Shown: piece by piece, positions 37,492 to 45,442 of the stretch
Numbering within the stretch: position 1 is the stretch's first letter
Layout: each line of letters opens with the position of its first letter
NCBI GenBank assembly: GCA_019694515.1
Contig: JAIBBU010000001.1
Location: forward strand, 235,716-299,715
DNA: 64,000 nt
Direction of reading: 5' to 3'
Origin: Oligoflexia bacterium
GTDB lineage: Bacteria > Bdellovibrionota_C > UBA2361 > JBGSMV01
Position numbers and translations under genes: made by a program
Notes under the pieces: generated by a model
Database searches by the model: none
What the model saw: only the letters and a program-made list of their open reading frames with translations
What the model was told of the DNA's origin: nothing

Positions 37492-37971
37492 ATGCGTTGC
37501 TTATTTGGTATTTTCATCTCCTTCTTAGTTTTCCCTGGGATCCTCTCTGCAGACTTTGTTTGTAAGTCGCAGCTCTCTTACAAATGGAAGAAGGAGAAAG
37601 CTGAGCAGGAAGAAACGGTCGAAGTGGGGCTGGTTGAAGCCAGTGGAAAGGACCAGGCTCAGGTTAAAGCCCGTCTGGAAGATCTGCTTCCGGAATCCAA
37701 GACGCAGGCACTGCAGAACTGTAAGAAGGAGCATGAGAGTGTTGCGGAGTGTTTGGCTGACAAGTTTGCCTCAATGGCAAGCGTCCTGAATTCTATGCGC
37801 TTTGAAGCCCGTAAGTCTCTGGAGCAGGCGATTTCCGCTGATTGTGAAATTAGAAAGGGCCTTTGCACAACCGCCGCCTCGACCGAAATTGTTTGCGCCG
37901 AAAAAATTTCGGAGGCTGCCGGCACCCCGACTCCGGCGGCAGCAGCGGGCAAGGAGGCAAAGAAAAAATAG
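37492..37971 (+). CDS. secreted hypothetical protein
   Basis: 159 aa. Signal peptide (LFGIFISFLVFPGILSA). Lys/Glu-rich helical body. Ala/Pro-rich tail ending KEAKKK. Confidence 0.4.
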   Translation: MRCLFGIFISFLVFPGILSADFVCKSQLSYKWKKEKAEQEETVEVGLVEASGKDQAQVKARLEDLLPESKTQALQNCKKEHESVAECLADKFASMASVLNSMRFEARKSLEQAISADCEIRKGLCTTAASTEIVCAEKISEAAGTPTPAAAAGKEAKKK

Positions 37972-37980
37972 ATCTGAGCG

Positions 37981-39219
37981 CTACTTTAAGATCTGTCTCA
38001 GTCGCGCCAATTCCTCCAGAGTCTCAATCGGTTTTCGATCGCTTGGTAGCTTGCCATCGACTGCGGGCGGGGCGCTGCTCAGCATGAATTCGGGGACCAT
38101 TGGAAAAACTAGCGAAGCTGCTTCGATTGCGAGCTGCTCCTCTGGGCTGGGCTCTGCGGTGCTTTGAGACTTTTGCTGCGCCAATCTTCGCAGGTCATTG
38201 ATCAAGCCGATTCCAAGTCCAAAGAGCTGTTTGATGCCGAGTCTGGCATGAATCTCACCAACATTTAACTTTGAAAGCTCCGTGGCCCGCTCCAACCCCA
38301 CGTTAATCGCACCGCGCACCTGCCTGACACACAAGATCACAGCCGGCAGCTCTCCCAGTTCTACGGCATAACGTATCAGGGCGGCGTTTGTAATCAGCGT
38401 CAATTCGCTCTCCAGAGCTTCGCGATCCTCCGCCTGTTCGAAAAGCTCCTGAAAGGGCTTCAGCATGCCGGGTTGGTAAATCAGAGGTTCGACGCCAAAG
38501 ATGCCGTGCTCGACGGGGTGCTGCGCGTCGACCTGCAGGGCGGCGGCTGCCAATTTTTCCGGAAATGGGGCTGTTAACTCGAAGGCGTAATCGGCGGCCG
38601 GAATGCCCTCCGCGCTCAAGCGCCGGGTGCGATCAATAAACGCGCCCTCTTCCAAGGAAGATAGGGTGTCGGCCTGTGCGATCGAGAGCAGCTTATAAAA
38701 CAGATCAGAGTCGGTCTCGAAAATCAGCGCCAATAAGCGGCCTAAAAGAAAATGCTTCTCGGCCTCGGTAATTTTGATGTGTAGCCAGGTCCGGCCTTTA
38801 TCCGGAGTATAATGCTGCGGTCCCGGGGGCTGATCCGTCGGTTCCTCGAAATACGAGAACTCAACGTGCCGTGCAATCAATATTGCAATTAACTTATAGT
38901 CAAAGCAGCGCAGCAGCTTCTGCAGCACCTCAAGCTCTGCTTCTTCGGAGGAAAGCGCAAGCCATTCCCAAAGCTGCTCTTCGTTGAAACGATCACGTGA
39001 GAATAAATCCATATCCAGCATTAGCTGGCATTGTTGATCGCTCGCTAGCTCGACGATCGGAGCGGAGGAGGAGATGCCGTTGTGCTTAAGCGCCAGATAA
39101 AGCGATTGTGCCGGCAATGCCCGGATTTCGTGCTCCGGTAACTCCGCTTTAAAGAGCGCGCGCGACAGCGCCTGCACGCTGAAGCCTTGAACGGAAGTTC
39201 GACCCTTTGCTAGCACCAT
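37981..39219 (-). CDS. hypothetical protein
   Basis: 412-aa ORF. Predominantly helical and acidic. No recognised domain. Convergent with the previous gene, with a 9-nt gap. Confidence 0.45.
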   Translation of the reverse strand: MVLAKGRTSVQGFSVQALSRALFKAELPEHEIRALPAQSLYLALKHNGISSSAPIVELASDQQCQLMLDMDLFSRDRFNEEQLWEWLALSSEEAELEVLQKLLRCFDYKLIAILIARHVEFSYFEEPTDQPPGPQHYTPDKGRTWLHIKITEAEKHFLLGRLLALIFETDSDLFYKLLSIAQADTLSSLEEGAFIDRTRRLSAEGIPAADYAFELTAPFPEKLAAAALQVDAQHPVEHGIFGVEPLIYQPGMLKPFQELFEQAEDREALESELTLITNAALIRYAVELGELPAVILCVRQVRGAINVGLERATELSKLNVGEIHARLGIKQLFGLGIGLINDLRRLAQQKSQSTAEPSPEEQLAIEAASLVFPMVPEFMLSSAPPAVDGKLPSDRKPIETLEELARLRQILK

Positions 39220-39360
39220 CGAGGATCTCTGCTAAATAATTAATCCCAATGTGGTACGCTGCGGCCGCCGATTTAGACAAATGCTGCACCGAGGCGGATT
39301 GCGCCCCGGAGTTTGCTCCGACGAGGAAGGTTCCAGGCCGGGGCACATCGCGGGCAGCTA

Positions 39361-39933
39361 CTACTTCCGAAGCGGGGCCAGGACTATATGGATCTGGCGT
39401 CCACCCAGGGGTGACTTCTCGTCCACGGTCGCCACATCTTTCAGCCGTTCCACAATTGCTTTGAATTTTTCGACGCCCATGTCCTGGTACATAATTTCGC
39501 GTCCGCGAAAGCGCATCGAGAATTTTACCTTATTGCCTTCAGTTAAAAATTCCCGGGCCTTTTTTAATTTGACCTCGAGATCGCCGGTATCGGTGATGTA
39601 GCGCACACGCAGCTCCTTCAGCTCGGTTTCGGAGCGGTTCTTGCGAGCTTCAGCTTCCTTCTTCTGTTCTTTGTATTTGAACTTGCCATAATCCATCAGC
39701 TTGCAGACTGGCGGATCGGAATTGGGCGAGACCTCGACTAAATCTATGCCTTGCTCTTCGGCGATAGTAACGGCCTGGCGCGTCGGCATGACACCGAGCT
39801 GTTCACCGGTCGCACCGATCACCATTACCTGAGGCGCGAGGATTTTACGGTTAATTCTGTGAGCGTCTGGGGTTGCGGGTTTTCTAAAGCGGTCTCTATC
39901 TCGAGGACCAGATGGGCGGCGGAACGTATTCAA
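39361..39933 (-). CDS. infC: translation initiation factor IF-3
   Basis: Conserved IF3 N- and C-domains ([24 protein letters not shown] ; [25 protein letters not shown] ; ...[14 protein letters not shown]...). The start codon at 39931-39933 is TTG. An AAGGAG SD lies 11 nt upstream. Confidence 0.85.
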   Translation of the reverse strand: [190 protein letters not shown]

Positions 39934-40054
39934 AAAGAAAAAATCTCCTTAATGCTGATCAAAAGGCCCTATTTGGGCGGTTGATCGACAATCTTGCCCG
40001 TATAACGTCCGTAAATCAAGTAGTTATCGTTTCGGGTATTTCTTTCCTTTTGAC

Positions 40055-40235
40055 TCTAACAGGCACGGCTGGTACTAACAGCAGGTGAGTTCAAGGGAAG
40101 TGCGGTGAGATTCCGCCACGGGCCCGCCGCTGTAACGGTCGCATAGAACACCCACGCAAGCCACGCTCTGCCGCAGAGGCAGGGTGGAAGGCGGGTTATA
40201 GGACCGGAAGTCAGAAGACCTACTCATCATAACAG
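40055..40235 (+). ncRNA. cobalamin (B12) riboswitch
   Basis: Conserved core AAGGGAAGTGCGGTGAGATTCCGCCACGGGCCCGCCGCTGTAACGG at 40093-40138. A B12-box-like GGAAGTCAGAAGACCTAC lies at 40206-40223. It sits in the 5' leader of a TonB-dependent receptor plus BtuF-like/ABC operon. Boundaries are approximate. Confidence 0.75.
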
Positions 40236-40300
40236 GATCTCATGCTCCTCGAGGATTGGGAGGGAAGAGGTCTCCACTCTAGTTACCATGAGGAAACATC

Positions 40301-42217
40301 ATGCGATTCTATATCGGCGGCATGCTCACGGCATGCGTTGTAGCCCTTTGCCCGTCTCGTCCTGCCAGCGCGGATCCGATATCACCCACACACGAAATTG
40401 TGGTCTCCGCCACGCGCATCGAATCCGATAGGCGCGAGGTCGCTAGCTCCGTATCGGTGATAAGCGCGGAGCAGATCGAAGCGCGCGGCGTCAGCGAGGT
40501 GAAAGATATTTTGAAGGATGTGGCGGGCGTAGATGTAGTCCAGAGCGGCGGCGCCGGAGGTAATACGTCGATCTTCATTCGCGGCGCTAACTCCGAGCAT
40601 ACCTTGGTGTTGATCGACGGGATCGAAGCCAATAACCCGATTAATCCCACACGCGCATATGATTTCTCCAATCTAACCTTAGACAACGTGGAGCAGATTG
40701 AAGTGCTGCGCGGGCCACAGAGTGTACTTTATGGGTCGGATGCCATGGGTGGAGTGGTCAGTATCCGCACCCGCAAGGGCCACGGTGCTCCTGCTGGGAG
40801 TTTGTATTTTGAAGCGGGCTCATTCGATAGCTATCTTGAGCGGGCCAATCTGCATGGGTCGGAGGGCATCTTTAACTACTCGCTCTCAGCTTCCCGTCTC
40901 GATACCGGGGGTATCTCGGCTGCCTCGACTAGTTACGGTAACCATGAAGCGGACGGATTTGAGGACACCGCGCTAGCGGCCCGCTTTGGACTCGATCTCA
41001 GTGAGACGCTGGCATTAAATCTTTATCTTCGTAATATCGATTCAAACAGCGATCTCGATAACTTTGGCGGCGCCTTCGGCGATGATCCGAATCGCGTTCT
41101 TGATAATCGCGAGTTTATGACGCGTGGGGAAGCTGTCGTGAAGCTGTTTGATGGGAGGTTGAAGCAGACCTGGGGGATCTCCTGGAATGAGCAGGATTTG
41201 CAGGATGATAACGATCCCGATCAGTTAAATCCCGGAGAGCTTCTGCGCAGCAGCTATGACGGCGATCTGCTGAAGCTCGATCTGCAAAATCAGATTGCTC
41301 TGGGCGAGCGGGCGCAGCTGCTAATCGGGGTTGAGACCGAAGAAGAATCAGCCAGCTCGGAGTATTTTTCGGATGGCGCGTTTGGGCCATTTACCTCCAA
41401 TTTTGAGGAGACGTCAGAGCGCACCAATGGCTACTATGCCGAACTGGCGCTAAATGCCGATCGCAGGTTCTTCGCAACTTTCGGCGTGCGCGTGGACGAT
41501 CACGAAAGTTTTGGCGATCACGTTACATACCGGATTGCCCCGGTTTATTTGATTAATGCTACGGGTACCAAACTTTTCGGCACTGTGGGTACTGGGTTCA
41601 AGGCGCCGTCGCTATTTAATTTGAACAGCGAATTCGGCAATCCCGAGCTGGATCCCGAAGAAAGTCTTGGAATCGATGCTGGAGTTGAACAGAAAATCTA
41701 TGGTGACGCGCTGACCGTTGGAGCTACCTGGTTCTGGAATAAATTCGACGATCTGATTAGCTTCAATCCCGCCACCTTTGTTTTTGAGAACGTGAATCAA
41801 GCTAAAACGCGTGGACTCGAATTAATGGTCCGCGGTACTGCCGGACCCGCGCTGGATAGCCAGATTGAACTGACCTTAATGGATACTGAAGATCAGAGTA
41901 CGGGTGAAGATCTGCTGCGTCGTCCGCATGCAAAAATAGGCGCCGGAATCACCTATCGTCCAATCGACAAACTGCGGCTAGGTGCGGGCTTGGTTTTTGT
42001 TGGAGTTCGGGACGACAATGACTTTAGCGGTGCAGCACCGCTCCGTACCCAGCTCTCCTCGTATTCGCTGGTGAATCTCAATGCTGGGTATCGTTTGCTG
42101 CCGAACGTTGAGTTGTTCTTACGGGTCGAAAACCTCTTCGACCGAAGCTACGAAGATGTTCTAGGGTTCGGCAGTCCGGGCGCCGCAGGTTACGGAGGTC
42201 TTAAATTCAGCCTGTAG
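40301..42217 (+). CDS. TonB-dependent outer-membrane receptor (BtuB-like)
   Basis: 638 aa. Signal peptide. TonB-box-like region (EIVVSAT). Plug domain (VLRGPQSVLYGSDAMGGVVSI). C-terminal barrel ends with an aromatic residue (LKFSL). Confidence 0.85.
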   Translation: MRFYIGGMLTACVVALCPSRPASADPISPTHEIVVSATRIESDRREVASSVSVISAEQIEARGVSEVKDILKDVAGVDVVQSGGAGGNTSIFIRGANSEHTLVLIDGIEANNPINPTRAYDFSNLTLDNVEQIEVLRGPQSVLYGSDAMGGVVSIRTRKGHGAPAGSLYFEAGSFDSYLERANLHGSEGIFNYSLSASRLDTGGISAASTSYGNHEADGFEDTALAARFGLDLSETLALNLYLRNIDSNSDLDNFGGAFGDDPNRVLDNREFMTRGEAVVKLFDGRLKQTWGISWNEQDLQDDNDPDQLNPGELLRSSYDGDLLKLDLQNQIALGERAQLLIGVETEEESASSEYFSDGAFGPFTSNFEETSERTNGYYAELALNADRRFFATFGVRVDDHESFGDHVTYRIAPVYLINATGTKLFGTVGTGFKAPSLFNLNSEFGNPELDPEESLGIDAGVEQKIYGDALTVGATWFWNKFDDLISFNPATFVFENVNQAKTRGLELMVRGTAGPALDSQIELTLMDTEDQSTGEDLLRRPHAKIGAGITYRPIDKLRLGAGLVFVGVRDDNDFSGAAPLRTQLSSYSLVNLNAGYRLLPNVELFLRVENLFDRSYEDVLGFGSPGAAGYGGLKFSL

Positions 42218-42232
42218 GTACTCAATGGAGCT

Positions 42233-43132
42233 TTGATGACACTGAAGAGACCGCACCTCTGGAGCTGCAAATGGATCGGGGTCCAGCTCGTAGCTCTATT
42301 GATGGCTGCCTTTGGTGCGGCCGCGGATACGTTCGATTGTACCCGCATGATCTCACTCGCTCCCAGTATTACGGAGAGTCTCTATGCTTTAGGACTAGGT
42401 ACGGAGGTTGTGGCGGTCACGCGCTACGACAAGTATCCCGAGGAGGTTTCTGCCTTGCCTCGCATTGGGGGCTATCTGGATCCCAATCTAGAGGCGATTG
42501 CGTCGTTTAGACCCGGGCTAATCGTGGCGCTTCGTGAGCAGGCTGATCTGGCTGCCAAGTTGCGGCAGTTGGGGCTGGTTTTGCAAAGTGTGGATCATTC
42601 TTCGCTGCAGGGAATTCTAGATGGTCTGAGCGCATTGGGTGCGCGCTGCAACCGCCGCGCCGAGGCAGCACGCCTGGTTGGGCAACTGCAAAGCAGCATT
42701 TCTGAATTTCGAAAGGCGGCCATGGCGCTGCCCCGGCAGCGTACACTGGTGGTTGTCGGCAATGGCGCGGTTGATAGTTTGAATAATTTGTTCATCTCGG
42801 GACGGGATGGATTCTATTCCGAGCTCCTGGAAATTTGTGGAGGGGAGAACGTTTTTAAGTCCACGACGGGGAGTTTATTGGGGCTGTCGAATGAGGGGTT
42901 AGTGACTCTCGCTCCGGATACGATTCTGGTGATATCGGACGGTGGGGTCAGCGCGGCGGTTGATCGGCACAAATTATTGGATGCGTGGAGCAAATTTAGC
43001 ACTGTGCCTGCGGTTAAGTCCGGCCGCGTCTTCTTGTTGGACGCGGATTATGCCTCGATTCCCGGTCCACGCTTTCCGAGTCTAATGGCTGATATCTTTC
43101 ATGCACTTCACGGATCAGAGGGGAAATTGTGA
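42233..43132 (+). CDS. periplasmic substrate-binding protein of BtuF/FecB (TroA-like) class
   Basis: 299 aa with a signal peptide. Conserved N-terminal block (RMISLAPSITESLYALGLGTEVVAVTRYDKYPEEV) is typical of cobalamin/siderophore-binding proteins. Overlaps the ATPase gene by 4 nt. Confidence 0.75.
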   Translation: MMTLKRPHLWSCKWIGVQLVALLMAAFGAAADTFDCTRMISLAPSITESLYALGLGTEVVAVTRYDKYPEEVSALPRIGGYLDPNLEAIASFRPGLIVALREQADLAAKLRQLGLVLQSVDHSSLQGILDGLSALGARCNRRAEAARLVGQLQSSISEFRKAAMALPRQRTLVVVGNGAVDSLNNLFISGRDGFYSELLEICGGENVFKSTTGSLLGLSNEGLVTLAPDTILVISDGGVSAAVDRHKLLDAWSKFSTVPAVKSGRVFLLDADYASIPGPRFPSLMADIFHALHGSEGKL

Positions 43133-43905
43133 CGGCGTTGCTGCGCGTAAACGGCATGTCGCTCTCGCTCTCGGCAGTTCGGCTGCTCAGCGAGATCTCC
43201 TTTCAAGTGGCCGCGGGAGAGGTGATTGCAATCTTGGGTCCTAATGGCGCGGGCAAGAGTTCGTTAATTAAGTGTTTGAATCGAATCTTTCCCGAAGCTC
43301 AAGGGCAGATTTTGCTCGAAGGGCGTCCTCTAGCGGCTTTCACGCAGCGTCAGATCGCCGCGCGGATCGGTTATGCACCGCAGCGCTTTGCACCCATATT
43401 TTCATACAGCGTCAGGCAGTTTGTAGAGCTGGGGACTTTTAGCGGCGCCGAATTGGCGGAAGGCCAGCGTCGCACTGGGGTCGATCAAGCCATCGAAATT
43501 TGCGGCATTCAGCATCTTGGTCAGCGTGATATGGCATCGCTCAGCGGGGGAGAGCTGCAGCTGGTCTTACTAGCGGGAGCGCTTGTTGGTAACCCGCGCC
43601 TGCTCTTGCTGGATGAACCCACTACTTTTTTGGACCCCGCATTTCAGCTGCGTGTGCTGTCGATACTAAAGACCCTCAGAGATCGAACCGAGGGGCAGAC
43701 CGCTGTGATTATGGCCACCCACGATATTAACTTAGCGCTGGAACTAAGTAGTCGCGTGATCGGACTTAGTCAGGGTCGAGTAAGTTTTGATTGTACTCCA
43801 CGCGAGATATTGAATGGCGATCTTTTAACCAGCCTATATCAAAGCAAATTTTCACGGGTATCCGTGCCCGGACGGGAATGTGGTTTTATTGTGCCGGTGG
43901 CTTGA
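43129..43905 (+). CDS. ABC transporter ATP-binding protein (BtuD/FecE-like)
   Basis: Walker A GPNGAGKSS. Signature LSGGELQLV. Walker B LLLLDEPTTFLD. H-loop ATHD. Confidence 0.85.
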   Translation: MTALLRVNGMSLSLSAVRLLSEISFQVAAGEVIAILGPNGAGKSSLIKCLNRIFPEAQGQILLEGRPLAAFTQRQIAARIGYAPQRFAPIFSYSVRQFVELGTFSGAELAEGQRRTGVDQAIEICGIQHLGQRDMASLSGGELQLVLLAGALVGNPRLLLLDEPTTFLDPAFQLRVLSILKTLRDRTEGQTAVIMATHDINLALELSSRVIGLSQGRVSFDCTPREILNGDLLTSLYQSKFSRVSVPGRECGFIVPVA

Positions 43906-44906
43906 TGATTGCGAAACCGCACCACGCGCTGCTCTGGATTTTGGCCGTATCGATGGGCGCGCTCCTGGTTGCGCCGTTTTTGGGGATGCAGAGTATTAGT
44001 CCCGTGGCAGCTCTCGGGGCTGGGCTGCCGGAAACCCTTGCGCAGATTCTCTACAGTATTCGGATTCCGCGATGTTTGCTGGCTTACTTGGCGGGCGGCG
44101 CGCTCGCATTGGGTGGCCTGGTGTTGCAGGCGTTGTTTCAAAATCTATTGGCATCCCCATTTACTCTTGGAGTGGCGAGTGGTGCTGCTTTCGGCACAGC
44201 ACTCTATTTTACCCTCGGATTTAATTTTGCGATCTTGGGAGTGGGAGGAGGATCAATTTTCGGAATTGGCGGCGCGGTCGTGACGATTGTGCCGATTTTT
44301 CTTTTAGCGCGGCGGCGGCTTTCCCCCACCGAGGTATTGCTGGCCGGCGTCGTATTGAGCATGTTCTTCTCCAGCTTGGTCATGTTCATACAATATCTTA
44401 GTGATTACACCGGAATCCTGCGTATCACGCGCTGGCTAATGGGAGGCTTCGATGTCGTGGGGTATCAGGCGGTCCTGGGTATCGCTCCTTTTACGATCTT
44501 GGGCGCACTTGTGGTTCAATCGAATAGTGCGCGGCTCAATTTAATGGCGCTTGGAGACGATCTGGCGACTGCGCGTGGGGTCAATGTACGCCGAGTAAAG
44601 CCGCTATTAATTTTGGCCGTATCGCTTATGATCGGAGCGGTCGTTTCGTTCTGTGGACCGATTAGTTCGGTCGGTATTATGGCTCCGCATATCTGTCGAC
44701 TATTAGTGGGGCTGGATCATCGGCGGCTGATAGTTGCTACCTTTGCGGGCGGCGGAGCACTGGTGCTGGTGTGCGATACTCTGGCACGAACCGTTATCGC
44801 CCCCTACGAAATCCCGGTGGGTGTAATTACCGCTTTGCTGGAGGGGCCTTTCTTCTTGTGGTTATTATATGCGCGGCGTTGGGCCCGCACGGAGGTGCTA
44901 GCTTAA
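43905..44906 (+). CDS. FecCD-family ABC permease (BtuC-like)
   Basis: About 9 TM helices. Start chosen at ATG 43905, which overlaps the ATPase stop as TGATG. The track ORF from 43791 would overlap the ATPase by 115 nt. Confidence 0.8.
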   Translation: MIAKPHHALLWILAVSMGALLVAPFLGMQSISPVAALGAGLPETLAQILYSIRIPRCLLAYLAGGALALGGLVLQALFQNLLASPFTLGVASGAAFGTALYFTLGFNFAILGVGGGSIFGIGGAVVTIVPIFLLARRRLSPTEVLLAGVVLSMFFSSLVMFIQYLSDYTGILRITRWLMGGFDVVGYQAVLGIAPFTILGALVVQSNSARLNLMALGDDLATARGVNVRRVKPLLILAVSLMIGAVVSFCGPISSVGIMAPHICRLLVGLDHRRLIVATFAGGGALVLVCDTLARTVIAPYEIPVGVITALLEGPFFLWLLYARRWARTEVLA

Positions 44907-44975
44907 GAAGCGCTTGATTGCTATTATTTCCCCTGAGTTTCGTGGTGCTTCAAGTTTATTAATCGATAAATTGCC

Positions 44976-45302
44976 ATGTCACCCGCAATAAATCCTCAGG
45001 GTCGCCCAACTTTTTCTCAACTTGGAGGGGCCGACCCCAAAATGCCCCCACCCGAGACTCTTGCGCAGCGCGAGGCGCTAAGGCAGGCCAAGTACGAGCT
45101 GCTTAAGACTCTCGCTCGGCAAGGCATTCAGGCTGGGGTTGCCGTAGGAACAACTTCCCGTGGCGAGGGATTGAATATCATCTTTGAGGGCGCTCCGCCG
45201 CGGCTTCACCTAGAAGAGTGCAAAGCGCTGCGGGACTTTGCCGGATTTCCGGTAGAAACTCGAATTAACGAAGTTCGAGGTGCTGCGCGGAGGATCGCAT
45301 AG
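44976..45302 (+). CDS. hypothetical protein
   Basis: 108-aa ORF. No motif recognised. Confidence 0.3.
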   Translation: MSPAINPQGRPTFSQLGGADPKMPPPETLAQREALRQAKYELLKTLARQGIQAGVAVGTTSRGEGLNIIFEGAPPRLHLEECKALRDFAGFPVETRINEVRGAARRIA

Positions 45303-45442
45303 CTTTCCTATTAAAGTGCCTGCTGCCGATCTGTTATCCGCTTTCGTGGGGCCCGGGGCTAGGTCGCGCTCCCTACAGATCTGTCCCTTTGTAGCATAAC
45401 TCAGAGGAGGGCTGTGCGCGCCCGCACCCCCGGGTATGAAAA

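Noticed and set aside
43791-43904. Upstream extension of the FecCD permease ORF overlapping the ABC ATPase by 115 nt
   Set aside because: The ATG at 43905 overlaps the ATPase stop as TGATG. It gives an N-terminus (MIAKPHHALLWILAV...) that enters the first TM helix directly. A long overlap is unnecessary.
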